Source of the DNA: Ophelia neglecta
Taxonomy: Eukaryota
DNA: 64,000 nucleotides
Direction: 5' to 3'
Assembly (NCBI GenBank): GCA_965285935.1
Contig: OZ260663.1
Span: 48,608,001 to 48,672,000, forward strand
Below are positions 35,501 through 48,400 of this stretch, one piece after another. Below the pieces are notes generated by a model, which worked only from the letters and a program-made list of their open reading frames with translations, had not been told where the DNA came from and ran no database searches. Position 1 is the stretch's first letter, and each line of letters opens with the position of its first letter. The position numbers and the translations under genes are program-made.

Positions 35501-38500
35501 CAAACTTGGATTCCCCGCTGAGACAGGGTAAGAGAGAAAATGTACTGCCCTTATTGGATATTTAAAGTTAATTAGTTAATAACTGAGAGATACATTTGTA
35601 ACTTTAGTAGTTTAGCATAATTCATACATTTCTTTAGGTTGGCTTAAGCATGAATATTTAAATGTCTAGTATTTGCTCTCTTTATTGAGTGTAAAAGGGC
35701 CGTTGGAAAGCCCCACTGCCTGGATGCTCATAAAACAACTTGGTCCTTATTGGTGTGCTTGCCTGGGACATTTTTTGGGAATACGTTATACAAAACGACT
35801 ACTACTGCTCAGGTTATGAGATTTTAATGCTGTGCTCATAAGCACGATATAGAAAAAGGTATCATAGGTGAAGCCTAAAAGTAACAGGGATCAAGTGCCC
35901 ATACTTGGCCATGAAGCTATTAGCTTTTGAGAATCTAAAATATTTAGTTGCCATGGCAAAGGAAAAAAATGACAAGGAGTCATATATGCACTCCAACTAT
36001 GGTCCTAAGCAAAAAGTAAGAAATTTACTGGGCAACTGTTTGACAGCCTTTTTTAAAGATGATATGCTATTTATTAATTGTGATTTTACTATTAATTAAT
36101 TGATTTGATTCATCAAATGCAAAATGAACATAATGTTAAGATCCAGTTTTATGGTGTATGTACATCTTCTTGCATTTACCTTAAAATATATATACATATT
36201 ACTACATGTTATATTATTTAATCTTGTTTGACAACATTTAAGATAACTATACGCTGACAGATTCTTAGTAAGGCCCTATGCTGATTCGTGAATTTATTTG
36301 TGTAAGGAATTAATGTGAATGTATCTGTGAATGTATTGTTAGGTATGTACATTGCATGCTGCAAGCTTACCTCTGTATTAAAATGTGTAGTGTAACTGAA
36401 GTGGTTATACTGGATCAAAGATCCAATGATAATCCTTTACCGGTAACAGTGAGGTTTGTCTCCACATGTGTACACCATGTAGATAGGACATAAATACTGA
36501 ACTGACCTGAATTCATTTGAACTTTATGCCCAGTTTTGTAGTTTCTGATTGGTAAAGCTCTATGCACCTGTCCTTCACCCTCAGTCATTGGTGGGATATT
36601 AAATGTTGTACTGTACACAATTCTTATCCTGCCTATTATAAGTCTAGACTTTGGCACCTTGACAAGGGTTTGAAGGCTGCAAGTTAAGAGAACGCACTGT
36701 CACAATAATTGTCCATTGCCTTGCTTTGTCGCATAGAATTCATTCAACTGAATAATGGCTTCTGTTAAATGTTTACCCTGCAGCCAGCACCAGATACAGG
36801 CAATGCCTGTTAGTGCCAAGGCACAGGACTTTAAATCTGCGGCAATCTTTGATGAAATTGACAAACAAATGAAAGAGGTAAGCACTGGACTAGGTACTCA
36901 TGAATATTCTTGTATAAGCTTATATGGTAATTTGATAGCTATAAACATGCCTACCTGTATTCGTACAATGTCATGTATATATATGCATGAGAAATTTTAT
37001 GTGCATAAATATAATAGTACTAGAAATTAGAAATTACTAGGAAGTACGTATGTACATGTAAGGGAAAAATACTGGTCCTGGAAAATATTCAATGGCCCAA
37101 GGGCAAGCACAAAGTGTGCCCTTCCTTCTTTTGGCAGCCCCTTATTAAGTTTTCTAGGCATATTTAGCTAAAAACTGGTAGGCCTACATCTGAATTTACC
37201 AGGCATTCAGCTCCATTTGTGAATGATTGTAACCGAGCTGGGAGCCCACACTTTAACCTTTCCCTTTGGGTCATGTACCAGCATGTCATTAATTAAAGTA
37301 GATACATGCAAAATGCAGGCAAGAATTCTATCCTTCCTGTTATTCCTAACCCAAACCAATATATTGACATGTGTGTAACATCATATCAAATTTACTAAGA
37401 ATGCATCGGCCTGCATTAAGACAATTCCTTTATCAAACAGCTACAGTAAACAGGGTAATGTTCAAGACTGGAAATGTTTGCGATTTGTGATTAGGCCATC
37501 AGTTGGCACAAAAGTGTTTGCAAATAAGCCTTTACTGTTAAATGACCTGAAATAGCAAACCTGACATAATGAGTCATGCTTGAAATGTTTTTCAAGCATT
37601 CTTGAAAATTGCAAACATTTCCTGTTTGCAAACATTTGCTGGGTTACAGTAATTCACATGGCTTATATTATTACACAAGAAGTAGCTAGCTGCTCATGTA
37701 TCACCAAACTTGTGCCTTGCAGAATGGTGCTGAGTATGTGAAAAAAATCAAAGGTATTTACTGCTTCAAAGTGAAAAGTGGAGCAAATCAAGGAGTCTGG
37801 GTTGTAGATGTCAAAAATGGAAATGGATCAGTCAAATTTGACCCTAATGGTGAGTCTGTGTTGTGTCACTAAGATGAGGCTAAATGACCAATTTTTTATA
37901 TACGTTCAGTATTATAATTCAATAGGCCATATAAACCCATGTTTACTAACTTTAAGGTAAGGGAGACTGTACTATCTCCATGAATGATGACGACTTGCTC
38001 AAACTGATGACTGGACAACTGAACCCACAACAGGTACACCAAGCATTATTGAATAATTCATTTTTGCTTACCTAGCCGACTTCCAACAAAGATGCTCACA
38101 TAACACTTGTTACTGTTGTCACTAGAGCTGCACCTGAAATAAGGGTGTGGGGATGCATAATTTTCAATTCCATCTGATTTTAACGACATCAGGCATAACT
38201 ATGACAATGAGTACTGAAATTCTTCAAATCTTTCAAGCAATTAGAATTATATCATTTCCAATCAATAGCAATAATAGAGGCAAAACCAAAATAATTACTT
38301 TTTCGATTATGTGCTTTTCATAGTCTCCATGATATGGTAGCATGTTGGTGTTCTAATAATTAGAGGTTAAAAACATTAATATCATGTATGAATAATAAGA
38401 GAAAATACAGTAACTCAGTATAGACTCACTTCAAATCGGCCTTAGTGTTTATGTACATGTACTTTTCATCGCGTCACACTTAAATTTATATTGTTTATAT

Positions 38501-38610
38501 TCCAATTGCTTGTGTTTCAGGCATTTTTCCAAGGGAAATTAAAGATAGCTGGCAACATGGGGCTGGCAATGAAATTGAAGGAGTTACAGCCTGCCAAGTC
38601 AAAACTTTAA
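23521..38610 (+). CDS. SCP2: Sterol carrier protein X / SCP2 (peroxisomal 3-ketoacyl-CoA thiolase fused to SCP2 domain)
   Basis: Motifs [11 protein letters not shown]|[17 protein letters not shown] (catalytic Cys), [38 protein letters not shown] and [19 protein letters not shown], ending in PTS1 SKL*. Approximate exons: 23521-23568 (or 24931-24978), 25122-25179, 25860-25931, 26555-26619, 26842-26905, 27921-27985, 28486-28612, 28939-29089, 29701-29902, 33900-33995, 35015-35121, 35373-35527, 36784-36877, 37723-37849, 37957-38033, 38521-38610. Confidence 0.96.
24931..24978 (+). CDS. SCP2: Alternative (duplicated) first coding exon of SCP2/SCPx
   Basis: Encodes [16 protein letters not shown] followed by donor AG|GTAAGA. 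Same 48-nt length and phase as 23521-23568 ([16 protein letters not shown]). Confidence 0.8.
31478..31916. mobile_element. hAT-like MITE nested in the Helitron
   Basis: 15-bp TIRs CAGTGGCGTAGGAAG / CTTCCTACGCCTCTG, a 5-bp direct repeat GACTC on both sides (31473-31477, 31917-31921), and a second left-end-like copy near 31746. Confidence 0.7.
32287..32941 (+). pseudogene. Disrupted C-terminal PIF1-family helicase domain of Helitron RepHel
   Basis: Frameshifted or stopped translations: [82 protein letters not shown]. Confidence 0.88.
33601..33860. repeat. Tandem duplication of about 130 bp in a SCP2 intron
   Basis: Two copies of CTGGCAGCATGGCA.AATGATTGCTTTATC...AAATTGCTATAATTTACTATTTTACATGTTAATAATACCT. 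Confidence 0.85.
37442..37651. mobile_element. Degenerate TA-flanked MITE-like element
   Basis: TACAGTAAAC... and ...GGTTACAGTA ends with inverted AAATGTTTGC / GCAAACATTT internal motifs. Confidence 0.4.
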
Positions 38611-41600
38611 GGGAATTTCTTTAATGTTGCTCCAGCCTTACCATTTTAAAGAAAATGGCATATTTGTCCAAAGATTAGGAGACCTATTGTAAACTTCAGA
38701 ATATTTCTTACTAGTTTTTGCACATGAGAATTGTAATGATAATGTAAAATTAGACTCTTGATTATTTTATTGGACTATTTTTCCCCTTTACATATGATAG
38801 TAAATACATTTTATGGTTGGATCCTAGAAATAAAGAGTAACCTGCATTTTCATAAAACTAAATGCTGAGTACCATTATTATTTGCCGGTAGATTTTATCA
38901 ACTGACTTTAGGACTCCTTCATTAGTGTTTGGACTAGGAGTCAACACAACTCTGTGAACAACTGTTTTTTTTTGGAATTTGGACTATGTTTATATTTTTG
39001 GTGGTAAATGCCATATACATTAATATGTAGTGGCACTATGTTTCAATGGCAGTTACTTGACATTAACAGCTATATGTATGACAATAAAAAGTTGATGAAT
39101 ACCAGTACAGCTTCATATCCATTGGACATCTATATAAGCACCCTCTATCAAAATGGAAGCACCTAGCTGAATGGCCTGACAGTCTTTCATGTAATATGCA
39201 GTGATGCATGTAGATTTGTATGTTGTGTAAGTAGGGGTATATCAATTTAAAGACTGTTATGATACATATAATAGTCATGTCTAGTCACTTATTGCATATG
39301 AATTCATATTAAAATATGACATCAATTTGCTATGGTGTGCTAAATAATTAAATATAATTTTAAGCAGGAGTACTATCAAATAGGTTCAAATATGTGGTAG
39401 CTGACTTCAACCTGAAGTTAAAAGTTTTGCAATATAACAGTATATTTGTCAAAGCAGAATTTTTATGTTCAAGAATTGATTGATATTTTTATGCATACAA
39501 TCATGTATCTGTAAATAATTGGAAAGATGCTTATACAATAAATGATTCTAATGTAAAGAAAAGGGATGAATTTTGTTCGATCTAATGTTTAGTCTGCTCC
39601 TGTTAATCTAGTATGATTATTTTTATTTACAAGCCATCTACTATTACCAAAAATGGGAGATTTATACATGAAGCACAATGTAATGCTTGCTTAAAAAAAC
39701 TTTGAAATCTAAAGGATAAAGGCTATAATAATGTTATATTTATTTGTAGCTATGCCAAACAAAATTGGTAATATTTCAGGCCTAATGTATCTTGTTTATT
39801 TGTGCAGATGAACTTTCAGTATGTAATTTATTTACCAGTATATAGAAAATATACTTAATATAATTATTCTGATACTTCCATCAGATTTGACCTTGACCTC
39901 TGTTTTCAAGGACAAGTAATTAAAAACATGATTTTGGTCCTAATTTTAGCAGCGAGAACTACATTGGGGGCCAATAGGAATAAAAAAAATTGCATCTTTT
40001 GAGTTCTCCTGTTTGACCTTGGTGTGACTTGGTATCATAACTTTCTTACTAAATGTTTTGAAATATACACAATTAATCAAGAAGCTCATGTTAAGAGAGG
40101 TCTGTCTTACTCCAGGTTGTGACAACAGCTGACTCCAGCCTGCTGCATTGAGATGATGGTCACTTTTATGATCCAGCCTGCTCAGCCACTTAATCATAAA
40201 CCTATCCAATGAATATTAATCCCCCCCCCCTCCTAGGTGCACAATATGTACAGGTGGGAAGCTAACCCCAGCCGTCCATTGTTCATGGGCAGAAAGTGCT
40301 CCAGCCATGCAGGTTAAGGGAGGTGTCAAGGTTTTCACTGTGGCCCCATCAGAACACACCACAAGATGTACTGTGTGTGTGCCATAATTAATGGGGAAAG
40401 AGTGGTCTTGGGTGGCAAAATAATACTCTTAGAACTCAATCACTTCTACCCTGATCACAGTCTTATAGGTACATTCCTTACTAATAATTTTGGAATGTTA
40501 TTATCCCTTACCCATTTAGTCTACACAAGTGTCTTCTGCATGGGGTGGATAGCTTACTAAGCCTCACACAGTCCATATATATTAAAGATAATTGCCTCAA
40601 ACTGCACATATGCATAGTCACTTGTTCAGTATCCACATTTGATTTTGATCCCTTGGTATACACCTGTATGGAGTGTGTGCATCCAATAAGTGTCTCACTC
40701 TCAACACTTGTGAAGCAAAGACGGCTTTCAGGATCATGCTCAAATTAGCCAGGGGGTCGGGGCACCACTCATAATTATTACTATGGTTCCTTGGCTATGG
40801 GTACAGCCTAGTTGAGCTCATTAAAACAAGTTAGGGACTGTTAAGTATGGCAAAAGTTTCATGCAAACAAAAATCTTAATATGAAGTTAGAATCTATTCC
40901 ACTACATATGCATAATGCAACGCAGTGCATTGCTGTACTTAAAATTAAATTGGTGGCTCCTTTGTTTGGAAAACCTACAACTCAATACACTTCACAAACA
41001 ATTCCAACCACTTTTTAAGCCACTGCACTGCCTAAGAATTAACCTGCTATTTTGTCCCAATCCCCCCCCCCCCCTCCCCTCTCAATTTGCACCGCCCACC
41101 CTTATCCCTGATGTTAATAATGAACACTCCCTAGGGAATTAGTTTCTCATGCTTCCTTCACATAGGAGCAACAGTTAGCCTTCTACAGGTAGACAGTACT
41201 ATACATGAAGGCATTTATTAAATGGAATTTATTTTTCAGAACTAAGTTCTTAACTGTAGACTGGAACTCTCAGGGTTCATGGCCCTAAATGGACATATTA
41301 GTCCCTCTATGTTAATTAAAAGGGTTTTAAATTAGTTTTATGAGACACATGAGCCATGAATCAGTTAATTAATGTTCTTTTGGCTATTCCTTAATTATAA
41401 TTCTTGGTTGGTTTCAAAAGAACAAAGCCTGGTGTCAGAGGAAGGGCAGGGGGGCTTTGAATTTTCTTGCCATCCAGGAGGGGGGGGGGGGAGGGGTTGA
41501 TGGGCGGTCTATGTAACGGTTTTGTGCACCCTATATTTATAATTGTTCTATGGCATCAGACTTCATAAAGCCTCTGGTGCCTACTCGTATTCAGAGGCGT

Positions 41601-44600
41601 AAGTAAAACATGCAAGGAAATCCTGCAGCCAAGAGTATATATATACAGTGGAGTAGGCCTGCTTTTTCTAGTATTAAGGTTTTTGTGCATATGCTAATGG
41701 AAATAATACTTTAATAGAACAAAGAAGACCTCAAGAAGGGGAATTCTTGACACCAATTTTTGTGGATCATAGCATACCCTTTTTTACCTACATGGAGAGT
41801 AATTTTTTTCCCACTTTTTGGGAGACCAATTTTTTTTTCTCTGGGTTTGGAGGCCAACTTTCTTTTTCTTTAAATATGAAAATACAACTTTTTTTCTAAA
41901 TTCTTCTAGAGCCCCCTCTAGTTTTCAGATGGTACGTTCCTTACAGTGACCGCTCATTGCATAGGCTGCTGTAGACTGGCGGCAAGTTTCTGCTTGTGGA
42001 AAATGAATTTAGATTATTCTCTAGCTTCCACTCACTGTAGCGGAGTTTTAAATAAAATGTACCCCCTCCCCTCCACCCCCCCCTCCCCTTTTTTCATTGG
42101 AAATAACAGTTTTAAATGGCAAGTAATCCCCTCCTCCAAGTTTAACAAAGCACAGAAAAGTGTGGACAAAACAACACTCCTCCACTAGATCTATAAGAAC
42201 AAAATTGGGTACTGATTCTCGTACAGAATGGGGGAACAGGGATATGACTTTCACCATGCCTTACAAATCATGGGACCCGGGTTAGTGTCCCCACAAGAGT
42301 ATATATAAAATGAGAATATGAATTGATATGCATCATTTATTCATTTTTTTTAGATAAAAAGACTATGAAGAGGCTACATTTAGCAGCAATAGGAAATACT
42401 GTATTCCTGAAACAGTTTATGCCTGGTTTGCCAAGGCATTTTGAACATTTACTTTATACCTAATTTACAGAATTAAGTTGTTTACATTTTTCATACAAAT
42501 TTACCTAAATGGCAGGATTTTTTTACATCTAACTATTCCACACCACATACAAACAATAAATTTGATTCTAACAACAAGCCCTCTTAAGGTCATAAATTAA
42601 TAAATATATGATTTTTTTAACAAAAATGTGAGTATATCAAAGTTTCATAATTTGGTAGAACACTAGTCTTTTGGCCTAATCTCTTGATCACAGTTTACAA
42701 GCATATGAACATTATAGGGCATTTTTTTCAATGTTGCAAGCACTTTGCAACAAAAAACTTTGCCTGAAGGATGTTGTCTAATACACAGTCTCTATAAGAC
42801 AAATCCCCATTATATCTATAAATGTATCAAAAAATAGTGAGGATGGACAGCAACATTGTTGAAAATTAGTTGATGATCAAAGCCAAGGCAACTACCTCCA
42901 ATAATGACAAAACATTAAAAATGTTCACATGCGGCTTATTTTGGGCTGTTGCAAAAAAAGACACTCTGTTTTTTTTTTGTGGCTTCAGATGTCTAGACAC
43001 CACATATACATGTGACTATGATATTCATGAGTTTTAATTTCATGATTGAACAATTGTTTGTGAAATTTGATCCATGTGAACATTTTTACCATTACAGTAT
43101 TGTTGAAGTAAATCAATATACATTGTAATGTAGTAATTGTTAGCAGTATGAATGATTATACAGAGTGCATCATTTTCTGATATTATTGGAAATTAAATTT
43201 TAAATAATCTGTATTGAATAATGTGCAATAATATATAGAAATTTATTTGGCCATATGCATGGATAAGTACTTATCTACCTCAAAATAATGGCAGTCTTTT
43301 CAGTTCAGTTCCCTACATCCCTCCTACCCCACATAATCCTCTGTCCACCAACCCACCCCCCTCCCTCCCTCCCCCCAATACACACACATTTTTTTTATGT
43401 GTCTCCACTCTATTCATGCTCCTCACCCATGCCTCCCCTCCAGGCTAGTGCTTTTCCAGGTTTGCATGCAGTCATTGCAATCAGTGAGTGAAATTATGTT
43501 CCCAGGGATCATGATAGATCTACCAAATGTAAACTGACAAAGTGCAGTTACTCCCAAATAGGGAACAAGAAAGTCTGGTATTGAGGTTACTAGGTATATA
43601 TCTTTTGAATTTGTCCAGCCAGAATGTTCTAAGATACCTTATTTCTAGTAAAATAACTATTTTAGAAATGAAGCTGAATCATTATATAATTATATGAAAG
43701 AAAAATTTATCAGTTGGATGAAGTAGTTCCTAGGTGCATGGAAAAATCTACAGACTCGGAAGTGGCAAAAATAATTGAACGGGGAAAATATCTGGCAATT
43801 CTTGCTATATTATAGCACTATGATATACTATTAAGGACAATAAATAATAATAGGAGCAAGCAATAATATCAATACAGTCAAAGAAAATATTGAAGTTTGG
43901 ATTAAATTTCAAATAAGTCCCGTTAAGACATGATACCTATATTGCTTAAAAACCCCAGTTAAGTATTTTACCAAACAGATATGTTTAATGCTGAAAAACA
44001 TAATTTCACTTGCTGCAAAGTGACAAACACCATAATATTTATTTAAAGGGTCCCATCAGGCTCCGAAACTTGTTATGATTCAACACAACGAACTTACTAT
44101 TACATTGAATAGGTGATTTCAATCCTAAACTAGACCTATAATTTACATTAAACTCATACTCTGCTTACTCTGTGGCTTCACCATATTATAATTTTTTATA
44201 TATGTATAGATATCTATCCCTTTTTTCATATAAACTAATCATATTTACCAGTATATATAATATAACAAAGACCACCAATAGGAATAGGCCTATGCAAGAA
44301 GTATAGAAACATCCTAATATTAATTCAATTCAGTTAAACATTTATGACAAATCCTGCAGCTTAAGAAAGCCTACAATTATGCACTAAATCTACACATCTC
44401 TAGATGACAGTGGTACACAGCCCTTCTAGTTATCACCAATTTGATTTCTGTCAATAAATACATCTCACACAAATGTTTATTGCATCATTTATAACATTAA
44501 ACCAATATCAAAATATGTTACAGTATAAATTGAGATAACCACATTCATTACCCAAACAAACTTATACAACTTACATGAACATCTTGGCAGACGTCTTCAG

Positions 44601-45461
44601 TCACAGTCATACTTTCAACTCTTAAAAGGAGGTAGCTAATCAGTACACTTTGGTTACATTTAGAAATTGAAGAACAAATCTGTATAAATTAGTTTCATCA
44701 AGCCGACTCTATCCTCATCCTCTAGTGCAACCCTTTTGGGTGCTTTATACTTTAACATGTACTCACTAATAATTTATTCTAACCAGAAATATTTGTATGT
44801 ATAATTCAAGCCAGCATACACCATTGCATGTGTTGGATTAAGTCAAGTCACTATATGAACACAAACACCACTACTTTCACTTTAAATTTCTGTCACCTTA
44901 TTTTAAATTAATGCAACAATTTAATTTATTCAAACTAAGAATATAAATGATGAGAACTCACAATTACTGTCATACCTAATAAGTTACTTATATTCAATCA
45001 ATTCCAGCTGATTGCCAAGTATCTTTGTTTGGCCAATGTAACATGTTATTTGAAAAATTTACAAGGCCAAACATAAAGCAGTTAAAAAATTAACATTAAA
45101 AGAACATTACTGAAAACTAAATGTTAATTGATATGTCCTTGGTCCTTCATAAGAATGCCTGCTTGCTCTTGTTGTCAATTGTTGGCACAAAGCAGGGAAA
45201 ATTATACTAAATGAAACCTTAAATACTCTAAAACTTAACAGATCATCAAATAGAAAAACAATCAAAGACAAAATCCAGGCACACACACTGCCAGGCACCT
45301 GCCCTCTCCTAAAAAGTCAGTGTCATATCAGCACTCGAGTCCCCTAGGTTAGTCAACGGTATATCCATGCCTACAATAGACACAGATTCACCATTGTCTC
45401 CTTCTTGGGACAGCGTGCGCAGACTAGTAAGGATGTGGATTAAAGTCAGCTCCAGGAAATA

Positions 45462-48400
45462 TCATAAATCAGGAAAACGATATGGGTCTTCCCTGTAATT
45501 TTTTGGGATTGAGAATTTACTCAATTCTACGTCCTCTTCCCAAGAAAACTGTTGGAACGTAATTTTGGCTGTTACTGTTGGAAAGACAGGGATCTCTGAA
45601 AAGAGATTACTATTCTTGTTATAACATGTTATTTGCACAAGACTGTAGCAGAAAATGATAAAAATTGGTGAAATGAAATTTATTGAATTAACAGAATCAA
45701 CCTACCTATTTTAACAGGAAATCCAGAGGGCAGTTTGGTCTGCATAAAGTCTCGTAGTTTGCTGAATTGCTTAAATGGAGCAATTACTTCTAGAACATCA
45801 AGCAGACTGGAACAATATATTCATGTTATTAGATTTTCTTTCAAACAAAAGGAATCCGAAATCTGTCATAAATCAAAAGGAATGATGGATATAATTAGCT
45901 GAGAAAGAAAACAAATTTCATAAATCTCCTTACGCTTTTATAGACATAGGGAAATCTTCACTCTGGAAAAGTAAGGTGAGACTATATAAAATTAAGAGTT
46001 AATACACACGAGTGCATTGTAAGGAGCGATAACACCAGGCTCTACAGCCTCTCCATGTAAACTGTATGAGGAGCCCAGTATTATTGTGGCAAGCTGGGCA
46101 ATATATAGGATATTGCTGGAAAGAAGAAAACCCTGGCTTGCAAACATTTCATGTGTATTTCCTGTAAGTTCCATGTCAATTGCACCGCCTGTCTTGGGGC
46201 AAACTGTGCAACAACTACTCCATTGGTTTGAAAGAAAAATATAAACCGTATCATTTCAAGCGAATTGGGATGCGACATTCTAAAGCTTTATATTTTTTTG
46301 ACTTTGTTTTACTTTTTCAAGGCCCTGCTTTGACAGAGGTGCATTATAAGAAATACTGTGGCAATTTAAAATGAACGATTTGGTACAACCACAAAATTCA
46401 AATAATGTGAACTTAAACCTTAACACTGAAGTAAATGTAGCCTGCAATATAAAATTTACCATTGCAAGTGTAGCTTTAAAGTGCTTGCTGCTCTGTTTGC
46501 TGGTGAGAGGTCTGCCTAGTAGGGGAGGTTTCCCCGGCATGGCCCTGGTATAATCTTCCCATGTGACCACAGGCACAGCGGGAGGAGTCAGTGATGGTCT
46601 TCTCTGACTTTGCTGAAAATTGAGATAAAATCTAAGTCTTAATGGTCCTTTTAATGGAATAGAAGGAATAGCGTAGCATCAGAAAACATGAGGACCCCTC
46701 AATAGAACCACATTGAAAGTCCAATATGAGAATGCTTAGCATACCTCCTCCATGGCTGCCCCCTGAGGCCCCTGACTGTATATAATTTAAGCCGTTCAGT
46801 TGCTGTTTTAATGCCCTACCTCTGAGTTTTCCAGTATATGTCCTTTTGTTAGGTTTTCCATTAATGCCTTGTTCTTTTGCAGATCTTCATCTGATAAGTG
46901 TTCTCGCCTATATTGAAAAATTAATTACTAAAGAACCATGTATACTATACAAGTAATTATTACAACATGAATAGAGATACTTTAGTTATATAATTAAAAA
47001 CCATATAGAACAGACCTTTTGCGGGAATCCAGAGTTAGGCCATGAATAACATAAAAGTCTGACTTAAAATTTCCCACTAGTTCCTGAAATTGAATGAGAA
47101 GCAAACCAAGGGTGTAGTAGTACATTCAATTTGTACATGTATGCTGGTAACATTGAATGTTATGAAAACACAAAAACACAAAGCATGATGTACAGAATTA
47201 ACTAACTAATCAGGTAAAAAAATAGATTGCATGCAAACATTATATTTATTGCTGATTTTAGCTTCAATGTCCAAATAAAGCAGCACAAAAAACAGTGATT
47301 AGGTTTGTTTATCATAAAAATGTTTTCAATCCACCATTATATAGTTTGGGTAAGCTATGGTAATACTTAAATACAGCTAACACAAGCATCATTGCTGTAA
47401 AGTTGGGCATGGATGAAAATACTTGTGAACCAACATGCAGTCATTCAATCTCAGCTAACTTTCAGGACATACATTGATTTCTTAACATTTGGGGCATGGC
47501 TTGATGGATCATACTACGAATTTTAAAAAGGTAAGGGGCAAAAACAAGAGATTATTATTTTAGAGACCAAAAAGGGCTCAAACAAAGAGCGTTTAGCAAG
47601 TTTTCATCCTGCATGGTTTACTTTGAAAAAAGCTCAATCAAAAAAGGACTCCATGCAAAAGCTTGTGTCAATAAATTGAATGGCTAGACCTATGGACAGT
47701 GTATTAGATGGACAGAGAAACCAATGGACAAAGGATCTGGTAAATACCTCCATATGGGGGAGAGGATGGCACAACCTTAGCACATAAACAACAAGGCATT
47801 GTGGACAGGAGTAAATAAATGTTACCGTTTTGTCTTCTTTGAAGAGCCACCCTGACTGAGCCCGAGTAAATGTAATATTTTTTGTTGGCATCTGTGCTGC
47901 TACTATATCACTACTCATGAGGATATCTACTTCATCTTCTATCTCTGCCTCTGTTTCCTTGAATCAAAAAGAATGTCATATAATAAAGCATAAAGCTTAT
48001 TAAGCTAGTATTTAACAAGTAGTAAACATACCTTAAATTTCACAACATGGTACTTTAATATTGGAAGAGTAAAACAGTGCTTTGGGGCTGACATTGTCAT
48101 GTGTATAGCCAACAAAAGTAGAATATCTAGCAGGGTCTGTATTTTGAAAATATTGACAGGCTTAAAACCCTTCTTTGGATATTTTTGCTGAAGTACAGCC
48201 CATTTAAATCTTTGTCACAGAGGGTATGACATATGCCATTTTACACATCCATACATTTTTGTTTAAAACAAGTGGGGTAGAAAACATGAAGGGCATTGTA
48301 ACAGTACCTCATATCTTATTCTTTGATATACTTTGAGCTTGTTGTCTAAGACTGTTAGAGATTTTGATGGTTTATGCTCCCCATTGAAAATAAAGGTGAT

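Noticed and set aside
38611-45461. Additional gene between the SCP2 and ANKRD13C stop codons
   Set aside because: AT-rich, with only short ORFs and no recognisable homology or consistent exon chain; best read as convergent 3' UTRs and intergenic DNA.
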